In this document: positions 14,206-28,488 of the stretch, one piece after another
Layout: each line of letters starts with the position of its first letter
Numbering within the stretch: position 1 is the first letter of the stretch
NCBI GenBank assembly: GCA_964016885.1
Contig: OZ024746.1
Coordinates: 85,684,001 to 85,748,000 of the forward strand
Reading direction: 5' to 3'
Length of the DNA stretch: 64,000 nucleotides
Source of the DNA: Eledone cirrhosa
Taxonomy: Eukaryota
Translations under genes and position numbers: made by a program
Notes under the pieces: generated by a model
Databases searched by the model: none
Seen by the model: the letters and a program-made list of their open reading frames with translations, nothing else
What the model was told of the DNA's origin: nothing

Positions 14206-14470
14206 GAGGTTATATTTAATTTGTTGGGATTCAACAAGCTTAAAACATTTTTATAACTGATATAAAGCACTCAACAGTTTAGTGGAGTAAATACACAATA
14301 TATTAATAAATGGAAACTATATTTATAAAACCATATTTATTTTATTATACATATTTCAAGCGCAACCAAGGCAAATTATGGTGCGCTTTCATCAGATAAA
14401 ATACAGATTTGTTTTATAAATAAATATTGACAGACCCGGAAAAAAGACAACCTTAACGGTTGGAGCTTCC
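14203..14470 (-). mobile_element. Penelope-like terminal repeat fragment (family B)
   Basis: Homologous to 34250-34567; contains a hammerhead; bounded by (TA)n. Confidence 0.75.
14336..14406 (-). ncRNA. Type-I hammerhead ribozyme motif
   Basis: Minus strand: TATTTTAT-CTGATGA-AAGCGCACCA-taatttgcct-TGGTTGCGCTT-GAAA-TATGTATA-ATAAATA. Confidence 0.8.
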
Positions 14471-14480
14471 TATATATATA

Positions 14481-14661
14481 TAACGAAGGAAATGTGGTAA
14501 GGAACCAGATGGACCATAATGCACCAAAGTACTCAATACATAGGGTCGTAGAGTGGGTAATAGGAACAAGTATGACTCCGACGGCAGAGCTCAAGCCGTT
14601 TCGTAAGTCCAGAATTAGCCGTCGAAACGGCTTGAGCTCTGCCGTCGGGGTCATACTTGTT

Positions 14662-14665
<4 letters not shown>
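14481..14665 (-). mobile_element. Fold-back element family A, copy 1
   Basis: Arms 14561-14603 and 14623-14665 are inverted; about 80-nt unpaired tail; TA runs on both sides. Confidence 0.9.
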
Positions 14666-14718
<53 letters not shown>

Positions 14719-15159
14719 CGGCCCTTGAACGTAATAAAATATCATATGTTGCTCTTGATATAGACTTCGCAGGGAAAGAACGAGCAGCTCCCTCTGTGGA
14801 GACGCTAGTTGAAACATCAAGGCATATTGTAATGAAACAATACACCGAATATAAATAGTCTGAATGAACAATTGATGTCTTTTGTCTTGTGGATTACTAC
14901 GATCACCTGATCGGATATACATATACACGCATTTATATGTGAGTGGGTGGGGGTGGGGTGCATGTGTGTGTGAGTGTGTGTGTGTATATGTGTGTGTTTG
15001 TGAATGTGTGTGTGAGTGTATATTTGTGAAGTTAGTTAAGTAGATAGGTTTGTTTGTTTCGTAATTGCTAGCTCTAAAATTCAAAGATCAATTTGATTAA
15101 ATCTCGGTCAGAGTTTAAGAAGCGATAAGAAAGAACCCAAAGCTGCTAGTGTTGTTGTT

Positions 15160-15524
15160 AGGTGGTGGTGGTGGTGGTGGTGTTGGTGGTGGTGGTGCTG
15201 GTGGTGGTGGTGGTGGTGTTGGCGGTGGTGGTGGTGGTGGTTGGTGGTGGTTGTGGTGGTGGTGGTGGTGGTGGTGGTTGTGGTGTTGGCGGTGGTGGTG
15301 GTGGTGGTGGCGGTTGTGGTGGTGGCGGTTGTGGTGGTGGTGGTTTTGGTGGTAATGTCGCATCTGCGATAATAGGTGCGATTAAGAAAAGTTGTATTGA
15401 TCTAATGGATTCACAATTGAGTAGAATGTGCGGATAAAAAAGATTGTTATAGGTGTCGACGGCATCTAGCCGTCTCACTAATGGATACAATATCTCTCTC
15501 TCTCACACTCTCTCTCTCTCACTC

Positions 15525-15560
<36 letters not shown>

Positions 15561-15625
15561 ACTCTCTCTCTCACTCTCTCACTCTCTCTCACTCTCACTC
15601 TCTCTCTCTCACTCTCACTCATATG

Positions 15626-15657
<32 letters not shown>

Positions 15658-15672
15658 TGTATGTATGTATGT
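15160..15672. repeat. (GGT)n, (CT)n and (TATG)n microsatellites
   Basis: Direct runs at 15160-15352, 15493-15620 and 15630-15672. Confidence 0.93.
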
Positions 15673-15697
15673 ATTGTGTGCGTGCGTGTGTGCGTGC

Positions 15698-16640
15698 GCT
15701 CTGTCGTGCCTCCACGTGTATCTGCTATTGGCAGGAGCTTCTTTACATGAACTTAGAACGTGCTCCATTGTTTCTGGTTTGTCTTTACTCAGAGAAACAA
15801 CTAGGAACCTCTGTTTTGCCTCATTTCACATGGCTGGTCTTCGATGAAAGCCTCATCCCAGTTCGTCCAGTGACAATGTTGGGACTGCTGAACTGCTTTT
15901 GTGTACTTCTTTTTGTTCTCCTCATTTCTCACTTCCTGAGTAACCAAGTTACGACAATCCTTACCTGTAGATTTTGACCATCATTGTACTTTGTTCGTGC
16001 CTAGGCCTTGTCTCCCTGACTTCTTTGCGGACAAAGCTTTCTTTAGCATCAGCTATGACGTCTTGGACCTTCTACTTTCTGTCTGTCTTTAGAGTGAACT
16101 GTACTTCTTTGGCCACTCCGTCTTCTAACATTATCTGCAGTTATGTATTTCCAACTTTGTACTCTTCTACAATGGATTTGAATGGCAACTTCAATTTAAC
16201 CTATTGGCCATCAGTCGAGCCACATCAGTCGATCCTGGGGTACTCCGAGACACTTTCTGGTAAATTTATTAATTTTCCTCTCCATTGCCTCGAATTTGAT
16301 AGTAGTAATTTCATATACAAGCAGCATTGGTATTAGAATGTGCTGGAGGCACCATACATTGTATTTCCCTGGCAATGGACAACGGCCAATCTTCTTGAGA
16401 CGTTCCCACTTTTGTGTTAGACGTCTCGTTGACCTGTTTGGTGTCATTGCGCCATCTCCCAGACTCTTCTGGTACTGTTGGGATTCTTTAGACGCCCGCA
16501 TCAAAGCTAGTTCCTTGATTTACTTTACCCGGAGAAAGTCTTCTGGACTTCTTCGGCTTGAAAGCCATCCGACACCAGTCCACAAGGTCATCAAGTTGAC
16601 TGGGTAAACTCTGCATCTCCGACTCTTTGGATTCTAGTAT
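15698..16640 (-). pseudogene. Decayed RLE-type non-LTR retrotransposon ORF (Hero-clade-like), post-RT region through the RHD motif
   Basis: LPGKYNVWCLQHILIPMLLVYEITTIKFEAMERKINKFTRKCLGVP, then KLKLPFKSIVEEYKVG, LKTDRK*KV and RYTWRHD. Confidence 0.8.
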
Positions 16641-16670
16641 TGTATGTATGAATGTATGTATGCAATTATA

Positions 16671-16880
16671 CGAGGTGCGTTCAAAACGTATCCGGCTTTA
16701 TTTTTCCTGCCTAATGCTGCGTTGGCAAAATATTTGGGAACGTGGTGACACCACCGTCGCCACCGTATAAACAGAAAAAAGGGAAAGGGTTGTGTTTGTA
16801 AGTCTCCGTTTCTTTAATGACAAAATACACGGATATATTTCATATGTATTAAATATAAATGTGTTTGTGTGTTTATAAAT
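16671..16880. mobile_element. Mariner-like MITE left end
   Basis: TA|CGAGGTGCGTTCAAAACGTATCCG terminus; partner TIR not found. Confidence 0.5.
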
Positions 16881-16899
16881 GAGCCTACATGTATGTCCT

Positions 16900-17089
16900 A
16901 TGCCACGGATTGGCAGCCCCTGGCTCGCTGGCCACATCCGACCCGAGAAAGATTTTGTCTGGCTCGCAAACAAGTTTCAATCTTAGGCTAAGCAATCTGT
17001 GAAAAAGTGCTTTGCATAGCAATGTGGCCCACTGACGGGACACTGCAAAGTAATGTGGCCGGCACATCCCAAAAGGTTGTCGACCACTG
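16900..17089. mobile_element. hAT-like MITE right end
   Basis: Ends AAAAGGTTGTCGACCACTG; partner TIR not found. Confidence 0.45.
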
Positions 17090-17094
17090 TCCTA

Positions 17095-17400
17095 AGCGAA
17101 CAATGCCGATCGGTTAAGAAGATCGCTTCACAATCATAAGATTTATGGTTCGATCCCCATGCCCGGCGCCACGGACTAGCATTTTAGTGTTTCTTATCAA
17201 ATCCTTGGGTAGATTCAAGCTTATGAATGAAATTGGTTTGAGCGATGAACTGTGATTCACATTTTGTTACACACTACATCATATTGACTATGATTGAGGA
17301 CTACGTGAAGGATACAAGTATCTGTGGAATATTCAGCCACTTATACTATATAATTCATATGATTAGGTATCGAACAACTGAAATAAGATCCATTTAAATA
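17095..17400 (+). mobile_element. Decayed tRNA-derived SINE (second family)
   Basis: CGGTTAAGAAGATCGCTT..GGTTCGATCCC head; relatives at 39970, 45265, 57670 and 58468. Confidence 0.65.
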
Positions 17401-17502
17401 GATATTCACAGACACACTACATACAAACATCTAGTTGAAAGGTACTTAAAATAGTACTAAATACACATTGACCAAATTATCAAGAAGTGGGTCTTGGCAT
17501 CA

Positions 17503-17645
17503 AACACACACACAAACACACTACATACGCGCTCACCCATACACATACACAAACACACATACATACCTTCACACACATACATCGACACAAACACACATAT
17601 ACATCTACAGACATCGACACAGATACACACAGACATACGTAGACA

Positions 17646-17708
<63 letters not shown>

Positions 17709-17824
17709 ACACAGACACACACAAACACAGACACACACACAGACACAGACACAGACACAGACACACACACAGACACACAGACACACAGACACACAGACTC
17801 ACGTAGACACACACACAAACACAG

Positions 17825-17859
<35 letters not shown>

Positions 17860-18000
17860 CACACACCTACCTGAAAGGGGACATGCAATATACAAAATCT
17901 ACTATTGGCGATCAATAGCTTTTATTCTAAACCTCGCAGAAATTCTATGTCTGTGTATGTGTATATGTGTTTTTGTGTTTTTGTGTGTGAGCATGTGTGT

Positions 18001-18069
<69 letters not shown>

Positions 18070-18076
18070 CGTGCGC

Positions 18077-18114
<38 letters not shown>
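17503..18114. repeat. (CA)n tract followed by a (TG)n tract
   Basis: Direct; 17503-17865 CA-rich, 17945-18114 TG-rich. Confidence 0.95.
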
Positions 18115-18118
<4 letters not shown>

Positions 18119-18397
18119 TCTTGTTTTACAGGCTTAGTGAGAGGAGGAAATGTAGCATCCAAGACATTTTGCAGTTTCTAAGACTAAGGGAAGAAGTTAA
18201 CCTTCTTGGCGACCCAGTCCAAATGCTTGCAGCAATGTGTACTCCGTTAAATGTAGTCAAATATCTCTTGAATCATATGTTACTCTCATAAGACTTTAAC
18301 AACACGTTGGATAATGACGTCTTGGTGGATCTACTAACATAAGAAGTACTTACGGCTGGCAACCTATTCATTGTAGGTTCAGTCAATCAGTGTTAAA

Positions 18398-18752
<355 letters not shown>

Positions 18753-19417
18753 AATAACGAAAAGACCAAGAACTTTAAATCACTTTTTCCGTTCAAGATA
18801 ACGTTAAGACAAAGCATTCATTGAATGGATTTTCTTAAAGATGCTCAACCAACCCACACATCGTTTAAACGAAACTTCAATGATCTGATACTTTTCACAC
18901 TATCTTCTCATACCAAGCTATTTAGAAAACAAAACGATATGTAATAATCGGTAGATAAAAAAATGGGAATTAATACAGAATTGAAACGAAATTATTTCCT
19001 TGGCCAAAAATAAAAAAAAGTAAAAAGAAGTAAAAATATAAATAAATAAATAAACATATTACGAAATAAATAAAAAAATGTAAAAAAAAAAAGATGCTAA
19101 ACTGAAAAACCAAATAACAATACTTGTATAGTGAGTGATTTAATGAAAACAACTCCAATATTTGCTTCAAATATACAATGACTTTTTCTTTGGTGATATG
19201 AATCAACTGATTTTTATTAGTTTTTTTTATTGTTTTGTTTTGGGTGATTTTTTGTTTTTGTCTCACATTTTCTTTTGTCTTTCTATTTAACTTTGGAATC
19301 TTTGCAATCTTTGCCAACAGGCATGGACATTTTATATTCCAGCTGCTTATATAACGCTATCGATAAACATCCCATTGCCAAATTTATGAGCATGGATTAA
19401 AATTATATCGTTATGTA

Positions 19418-19469
<52 letters not shown>

Positions 19470-19825
19470 CCTTCTTTAGGTATCACTTTAGAAGGAGAAT
19501 CAGAGTGAAGAGAGAGGCACTGCACCCCAGTATATTTACTGAAAGGTGGGTGAATGAAGCGAAAATGGCTTCTCTGTATATAAACCTGTAGGTTAAAGAA
19601 GAGAGCAAAAGGAAGAAGGGAGCACTTGCACAACACGCTCCTGAAGTTGAGGGTTGTTCTATCGACGGGGTATTAAACACCCATTTGTGGCGCTTCCCCC
19701 CTATTGGGAATTTCGATTGTTATAATTGTTTGTTTCAATATTTTTACACGACTGTATGTAAAATCCCCGGCATGTGTCTTTGTATTGTCCCCTTTTCTTG
19801 TGCGCCCTTGTGGAAAATAAAGAAA
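19470..19825 (+). mobile_element. 5'-truncated L1/Tx1-like LINE (ORF2 tail and 3'UTR) in (TATC)n
   Basis: FFRYHFRRRIRVKREALHPSIFTERWVNEAK, then the shared 3' end ..TGTCCCCTT..GTGG.AAATAAAGAAA followed by TCTA repeats. Confidence 0.75.
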
Positions 19826-19847
19826 TCTATATATCTATCTATCTATC

Positions 19848-20196
19848 CGAGCTGCAGTCCTGGGTCAAGCAAAGACCGAGGAAAATGGGCGACTGGCACA
19901 TCGAATGTGCTCAGGCGCTCACAGCCCTCTGGCAGGCGGACCCGGGCGATCAGTGGAGACTCCACTTCCTCATTCTATAGAGGGTTGATCCGCAGCAAGT
20001 GCGACGACGCGCTCGTTGAAACTCTAGGCGTAGAGGAAGACGAACTGGCTAGTCTGTTCGGTAGGACCTTCCGCCCGGGACCGATGGACAACTTCCAAAA
20101 GTCCCTGGCCTGGCAGTGCTACCGAGGAGCTCTACCAGTTCGAGACAAGCTCTACATTTGTCCCCTTCTTTTGTGCCCCTGTGGCTAATAAAGAAA
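19848..20196 (+). mobile_element. Second L1/Tx1-like fragment with internal deletion, in (TATC)n
   Basis: STSSFYRGLI..LFGRTFRPGPMDNFQKSLAWQCYRGALPVRDKLY fused directly to the same 3' terminal sequence. Confidence 0.8.
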
Positions 20197-20245
20197 CATA
20201 TCTATCTATCTATCTATCTATCTCATTCTGCCCCTCCCTCTCTCT

Positions 20246-20352
20246 CTTCTTCTTCTTCTTCTTCTTCTTCTTCTTCTTCTTCTTCTTCTTCTTCTTCTTC
20301 TTCTTCTTCTTCTTCTTCTTCTTCTTCTTCTTCTTCTTCTTCTTCTTCTTCT
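20246..20352. repeat. (TTC)n microsatellite
   Basis: Direct. Confidence 0.98.
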
Positions 20353-20385
20353 TTTTCACCCAGCTCTGTCTCTCCATACATACAT

Positions 20386-20650
20386 AAATACACAACGGGA
20401 GGAAACATGGAAACATAATAATCACTGAATATGTCACAGATATGTGTGACGAAAGATCTTTGAGAAACTATATTTATATTTATATTTTTAACTGTTGGTC
20501 AATCAATTATAAGCATTGATTGCCAGCTAAATTATTTATAGAAATATAAAAATATACTGAAGCGAAATCAAAACCAAACAGTGAGTGTGTTTTACTATTT
20601 TTTTCTGGCAATATTAGGACAACATGATCCTCTCCAAATATAACAATATA
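20386..20650 (+). mobile_element. Penelope-like family C, second copy, with variant hammerhead (20421-20464)
   Basis: Aligns to 13835-14110 (AACGGGAGGAAAC, AACCAAACAGTGAGTGTGTT, CTGGCAATATTA); CTGAATA-T-GTCACA-gatatg-TGTGAC-GAAA-GATC-TT. Confidence 0.8.
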
Positions 20651-20691
20651 TATATATATATATAATATACCTACACACACATATATATATA

Positions 20692-20726
20692 CATATATTT
20701 CGGATAGAATATCCATTATCAAAAGA
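20692..20726 (-). ncRNA. Degenerate hammerhead-like motif
   Basis: Minus strand TTGATAA-T-GGATA-ttc-TATCC-GAAA-TATATG; two core mismatches. Confidence 0.4.
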
Positions 20727-20849
20727 AAATGTATAAATAACTCTTTGATCCTAATCCGTTATCTAGCTTTTTTATTTCAATATTCCTAATTCGTTTTGCC
20801 TTGTAGATGCTTCCAAAATCAACTAATTTCTTCCAATATACGTATATAC

Positions 20850-20934
<85 letters not shown>

Positions 20935-21296
20935 AGTGTGTATGTATATATATATGTGTATGTGTGTGTTCGTGTATGTGTGTGTGTATTATCATTTTTC
21001 TTTCTTTTACTGGTTTCCATAATTAGACAGCCGCCATGCTGGGGCACCGCCTTAATTCAGTCGATATTTTTCACCCCAGTACTTATTTTCTCAAGTCTGG
21101 TACTTATTTTATTGATCTCTATTTGTCTAACAGCTAAATTACTGGATATAAACACAGGCACAGACACACATATATACATACACCCACACCAACACACATA
21201 TATACATACGCACGCACACACACATATAAAAGTATATATAGAGAGAATAAGTAGAATCGAAGTTAGTGTTGCAGTATATGTACAAACTTTATTGGC

Positions 21297-21370
21297 ATAT
21301 TACAATTGTTTCGATATCGATCGGCTTAGTGTACAGTTACAGTGACGGGGCTCGACTCTTCTTCAACATC
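21297..21370 (-). ncRNA. Degenerate hammerhead-like motif
   Basis: Minus strand TTGAAGA-AGAGTCGA..TCGATATC-GAAA-CAATTG-TA, followed by AATAAA; palindromic stem III, core C missing. Confidence 0.45.
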
Positions 21371-23519
21371 TCGTCTGATATGCGAGTTTACATAACTAAA
21401 CTACATGTGTATACACACGCACACACACATATATATATATATGAATGTATGTATGTATCTGTGTGGGAGAAAGAGTGTTTGTTTACGAACATTTATTCTT
21501 ATAGCTTGCCTTCATATATATAATACATCTAACATATATTACAATACACATTTACATGAAGCAAACATGCAGAGATATTAAGTCTCAACGGAATAAATTT
21601 TCGACTGTCTGTTTTTAATTTTCTCTGTCTTATTTAGAGAAGAGTGTATTTAATCACTAATATCTAGTGTTGATAGTTGGCACGTTTTGTTTAAATCTTT
21701 TCCTGTTCTCTTCCTTCTCTAGTTTTTACATTGCATCCTTCACTGTAATATAGCTAGTTACCAACTTCGCCGCCATTACCGCAATCACCACTGCTACCGA
21801 CACCGTTGCTACTACGAACACTTGCACCAACGCCTCCACCACCACTGACACTTGCACCAACATTAACATCAGAATATCGACGCCATTACTTAACAAGCAA
21901 AGGAGGACAGCCATTATTGCAGTCGTTCGACCTTCTAAAAATAGCAACCAAATCTCACTCAATTTCTACCTTTAAAAGAAGTGGGAAGAACTATTAAACG
22001 ATATAGCCCTAGATATTAAAAGAAAATATGGAATAATAAGGGCTGAGACGCCTTTGATCATACGTGTACATGACCTTGGGCCAAACAAGGATAACAATAA
22101 CGGGCCGAGGCAACAATGAATCCTCAGGTGATCACTCGACTTGCTAGAATTAGCAGCCGCATCTCTTTTAAATCGCACTCTACCGCCTTAGAAACAGAAC
22201 TCATTGGATAATGTAGCGCGCGTGTGTGTGTAAGTGAGTATGAGAGAGTGGGGGAGAGGGGAAGAGCTATTTTAAAGGCATCTTCTCTGAATATCTGCTT
22301 CTCTGAATTAACAGGCTGCATACAACAATTGGCCGAACGCCTCTATATGCCTGCAGCCTCTGTATATATCACGTGTGTGTTTCTACCAACCTTAGGTTCC
22401 ATACTAAACACCATGAGTTTGTAACCCTCTAAAATCCGGGTTTGTTTGGTTTTTTTAGCCATTGTCAGCCCTGGCCATGCAAACTCATGAACAAAGACAT
22501 TTTAACTGTCACCATTCTGATTTTTTATTGATCCATCTACGGTGTATCTAGAACTACATTATCCAAATGAGTCCTTCCTCTTTAAAAACACATCAATACG
22601 ATTTCATAGACTACTATTTTTATTAGATTGAACGACTCTGTAGAATCTCCCTCATTGTCACGTTCAGCCAATGTTTTTGTTGTTGTTGTTGTTTTTAAAT
22701 TTGAAATGTAGTCGTCCCAAATGCAGATGACTATAATAATAGTCGATCAAGAATATCGAGTAAAGCAAACTTCAAGACGGAATAAAAGGGATCAGAGACA
22801 CCATGCATCTTTCGGATGTCGGACGAATTGGCCAGCCACTCCGCCGAGTCTCTGGTCACTGATTTATAGCCTTTTGGGGGTTTTGTTGTTGTTGTTTTTC
22901 TACAAGCATCATTCAACAGATATTCAACCATAACATCAGCCGCATTCACCTCTTCAGTCTGAAAGAGCTTACAAAAGCCGTGCTACTTTTCCTCTCTGTC
23001 ATCCTTCTCATTCGCCCACTTCTCTGACTTACTAATACAAAATGTAACTAAAATATATCGGTGGCTAAATTTATATTGGTTGCATCGGCACCAGAGTATT
23101 TCTAGTACCAGCCTTATCGAAGAAAGACAAAAATCAACTTCCATTTGTATCGAACTTACCTACTTTACAGCTTCCAGACAGACGCACTTTCGTGTTTACC
23201 GCCTTTGTCTGCTTCATTGATTGAAACGGATAATATATAATACGCATGTGTTCCAGACATACATATATACGTACATATATACGTACGTACATACATGTAT
23301 ATGTAAGTACATACATTTATACGTACGTACATACATACAAACATACATTCATACATACATACAAATATATATATACGTACGTACGTACATACATATAGAC
23401 ATACGAACATTCATACATACAAACATACATACATACATATATACGTACGTACGTAATAACATACACACATACATACATTAATATGAACATACATACACAC
23501 ACGCGCGCACACACACACA

Positions 23520-24428
<909 letters not shown>

Positions 24429-24800
24429 ACATATATATATAATGCGTTAGTAGGGAGGGTTTTGTAGACGATGAAGTTCCGCCTGGTCCCATGTAGGGAT
24501 TGAGGGGGTGAACTATAGGAAGCTGGATGGAAGAAAGAAAAAGGAGGAAGAAATCCTAGTTGCAACAAAAATTCGTGATAAAAGTTGTCAAAACGGAAAA
24601 TGTTTTGCGTTTTATGTTTTATTGTTCGTTAGGATAAAATAAGATGAAAAGGAGAGAAAAGGAAACAGAAAAAGAATTGAAAATTAAAAATTAAAAATTA
24701 AAATTAAAATTTAAAAATATGCCTGACATCTTGAGTATGTATTCTTCGTGAATTTTAACATCTTGTAAGTAGCTGTTGTTATTATTTTTAGTGGTCTTGA

Positions 24801-25026
24801 GGGCGGGGATTGGCAGTATCGGTAGAGAGTCGGATACCACGCTTTGCAGCATAGAGTTACGGTCCTTTACGGTCTGAGTTCAAATCCCGCCGAGGTTAAC
24901 TTTGGCTTTCATCCTTATGGGGTCGATAAACTAAAGTATCAGTCACACACTGAGGTCAATTTAATCGACTTGCCCCCCCCCCCCGCCCCAAAATTGCTGG
25001 CCTTGTGCCTATATAAGAAACCATTA
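24801..25026 (+). mobile_element. Near full-length tRNA-derived SINE (main family, long variant)
   Basis: A-box-like TGGCAGTATCGG, B-box GAGTTCAAATC, core CTTTCATCCTTATGGGGTCGATAAA, end GGCCTTGTGCC..AGAAAC. Confidence 0.88.
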
Positions 25027-25374
25027 AGAAACCCTTATTATAGCTATAGTTATTGTTGTTGCTGTAGTTGTAGTTATTATTAAGCCTCCATTCTCTGTTG
25101 GCTTGGGAAGTCCATGGACACTGTCCTTTCCTCCAGACTTAATAAAGAAGACTTATGATCAAATTAAAACTATTCCAGCCATGGCCATTCATTGCGTCTT
25201 CCCTTTTCTTATTTCAAGACTTGAGGGTGATATGGTTGCTATTTCGAACAAGTCGAATGACTATATCGATGCCTCCTCGTCGTCTCATTTTAACATTCAT
25301 GATGAATAATAAACACTCGAAATGTGGACACTTTGGAGAATATACTGTGTCAGAAATATATATGCGCATGAATC

Positions 25375-25735
25375 TCCCCCTCTCACTCTATCACTACCAA
25401 TCTCTCCGCCTCTCTATATCTATCAATACCTATCTCTATTAATCCTCTCACTCTATTCATTACCACCAAACTCTCCCCCTCTCTACATCAACCATACAAC
25501 ACTCTCTCCCAATCCCCCTCTCTATATCAATTAACACCAAACTCACCTCCTCTCTAAATTTATTACACGGAACTCTCTTCCAGTACCCCTCTCTATACCA
25601 ATAAACCTCAATCTCTCCCTCCTCTATATCTAATATATAACATACTCTCCCAACCTTCCTCTCTATATAAATTATCACCAACATCTCCCCCTCGCTTTAT
25701 CTATATCTATCTCCCCCATCTGTCTCTACATACCA
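25375..25735. repeat. Degenerate pyrimidine-rich tandem repeat (CCTCTCTATATC motifs)
   Basis: Motif recurs about every 30-40 nt. Confidence 0.6.
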
Positions 25736-25853
25736 TGTAAATAGATTGTAGCTCAAATACAAATAGATGTGTTTTGATAGTTTGTGGAGAAAAATATAAT
25801 TATTGGGAGCGCCATGGCTGCCACCCACGGATTCCCGCATATCCACCACCCCT

Positions 25854-25970
<117 letters not shown>

Positions 25971-26174
25971 TTATATACGTGTATAAATGTAAATGTACGT
26001 GGGTCGTTTATGTGGGTGTTAGTGTTCTAGAAATTAACACATGTTGCTGTCTGTAGAATATTCGAGAAAATGAGTCAATGAATAGAATTATATTCTTTAA
26101 ACAGTTGATTTTACTTTCTTCTTTGTTATCTCTTTCTCTCACTCACTCTCTCTGTGTGTGTGTGTGTGTGTAAT

Positions 26175-26388
26175 GCCAGCAGAAATTCCGACGTATAATG
26201 TACGTATATTATATCGTGTACGTATAATGTACGTATATTATATATTTTGACACATAGAGTTACGGCCCTTGCCATTCTGAGTTCAAATCCCGCCGAGGTT
26301 AACTTTACCTTTCATCCTTACGGGGTCGATAAAATAAAGTACCAGTAATGTACTGGGTAATTGATGGCCTTGTGCCAAAAGTAGAAAC

Positions 26389-26433
<45 letters not shown>

Positions 26434-26440
26434 CGTATAT

Positions 26441-26483
<43 letters not shown>

Positions 26484-26499
26484 CGGAATTTCTGCTGGC
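26175..26499. mobile_element. Element with an 18-bp perfect inverted repeat enclosing a SINE fragment (about 26245-26392, +) and microsatellites
   Basis: GCCAGCAGAAATTCCGAC (26175-26192) / GTCGGAATTTCTGCTGGC (26482-26499). Confidence 0.75.
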
Positions 26500-26869
26500 T
26501 TTTTGTTGACTAGAAGTCGTTGAAAGAAGTGGAGCGACATTTCACGAAGACGTCTACAAATCTGATACTGGAATAAAAATTGAATTTATTGATTCGGTGT
26601 CTGGATTGTTGAAGATCGATGAAATAGCAGGGTGGATGCTCTAGAAAAGTCTGTTTCGTTAAAATTGCTTTGTTTCCGTGAAAAAGTAAAAAAAGAAAAT
26701 ATAAGAATAAAAAAAAATTACTAAACATCAATAAAGCTGCTGTGTGATTGTGATTCAGTAGATGTGGCCTCATATTAACCAAATTGATGTAATGTTAATT
26801 GGGAGCAGGATGGTGGGGGGGGGGGGGGGGAATGCATGATTGGATTGGTGAAGTGCGACATCAATAATA

Positions 26870-27080
26870 ATAATGGTTTCTGATTTAGGCACAAGGCCAG
26901 CAATTTTGAGGGCGGGGATAAACTCGATTGAATCGACCGACCCAAATGCGCCATTGGTACTTTATTTTATCGACCCTGTAAGGCAAAGCTAACCTCGGTG
27001 GGATTTGAACTCAGAACTTAAAGGGCCGTAACTCTATGCCACAAAGCATGTTGTCCTACGCCCTGTCTATACTGTCAATC
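26870..27080 (-). mobile_element. SINE, main family
   Basis: GGCACAAGGCCAGCAATT..GGTACTTTATTTTATCGACCC..GGATTTGAACTCAG. Confidence 0.88.
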
Positions 27081-27244
27081 TGAAGCTCGTTGACATATAA
27101 GGTTCCATGACCATAATAAGAGCACTTTATCACTAAACGCACTTTTTTTGTTGGGGGGTGTCTGTGTTTGGGAGTAGGGTTTGTCTGATTCCATCTGTTT
27201 TCCTAATTATATTACGTTGGGAATGTTCTGAGACATTTCACATA

Positions 27245-28470
27245 CGTGATTGATCAGTCTTTTATTTGTCGTGCAAATTGCTGTGAAATTCGAATCAAGT
27301 GTGGGCGGGGGAGTACCTCTTCACAAAATGTGGTCTCCTTTTCAAAAGAGATGGATTGTTTATCATCGGAGAAGGGTTCCACGCAACAAGCAAGAGTTTC
27401 GCCTTCACAAGAGATAGATATCGCCTTCCAGAGGATGGGTCCCCTTTCCTCGCCAGAGATGAGTCCTCTTTCTCACACTTTCTAAATGAATATTAGGTTT
27501 TATTTGGACCATTTTTCGCTTTCTCAGAAAATTCTGTTAGTGCCAGTATCGTCTCCTCAAATTGTGACTGGAAGAGGTTTCTTGATGGCGGTTTTCTTGA
27601 TGACACCTGGAGATGAGGTCAAAACAACTTTCTTTTGCGTTTCCAGAATTGCACCGGACACCAAATTAGAATCGGTAAACTTTATGGTTTGTTGCTCTCT
27701 TCCTTTTAAATCTTCTGAGCGGGACGCTATTGAAAAGAACCGTTTACTTCCAAATGTTTAGCGACTGTGACTTATGCCCTGAATGATTAACTTGAAGGCT
27801 CTCTTGTCGGCAGTCACTATAGGGTCACCTCTGATAGTATTTTCTGTTCTTGTGACGTCATGAGGAATTGTAAGTCCAAGCAATCCCAACCGTCCACATA
27901 TCACTGAAAGTTACGTTGGTACTGACTATCTACCCATTTTGTGCTATAAGGAGACTACAAGCAAGGATCCAACATCATCAGCGATGCCCTTGGTGATACT
28001 AGTGTTTCTTCGTCACATACCGTATTTCCCGGCGCCGACGACGCTTCGTCCTCGAGGACTAACCCTAATTTTGACAACCAAAAATTTGAAAAAAAAATAA
28101 TAAACAACCTTCCGCCTCCAGGACCCATGGTAGATTTTTGAGACTTATTTAAGAAAAAAGTAGCGACCTCGACGCCGGTAAATACGATATATTATGGAGC
28201 TTGTCTAGGTAAGAAAGCCTCGCACTATCTGTTTTGTGATTTTGTCCCGTCCACAGTTTAAAAAAAAAATGACGCAAATCGACCTTATCTTGCACCTCGC
28301 TAATAAGCCTATTTCAAAACGCACACCTGTGGGAACTGCCTCCAACTGCTCCTTGGTTGGAACAAAGGTATGTTCCCTTCCTTCTCCCCCGTTCCAAGCA
28401 GAAACGTGCTCATATTATGGACATAATGCTACGATGTTTTTGTCCTTTCGTCAAAATATTTAACACTCAG
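27245..28470 (-). pseudogene. Decayed coding-like segment, possibly LINE ORF1
   Basis: Nearly open minus frame ICGRLGLLGLTIPHDV..IRGDPIVTADKRAFKLIIQGISHSR*TFGSKRFFSIA.. with scattered stops; possible decayed zinc knuckle; interrupted by a MITE. Confidence 0.35.
28020..28187. mobile_element. pogo/Tigger-type MITE
   Basis: TA|CCGTATTTCCCGGCG ... CGCCGGTAAATACGA|TA: imperfect TIRs with TA TSD. Confidence 0.85.
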
Positions 28471-28488
28471 AATATATTTTTCTTTGGA

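Noticed and set aside
24801-24890. tRNA gene
   Set aside because: A/B boxes are present but there is no cloverleaf and the sequence continues into SINE core and tail; the same applies to the other SINE heads
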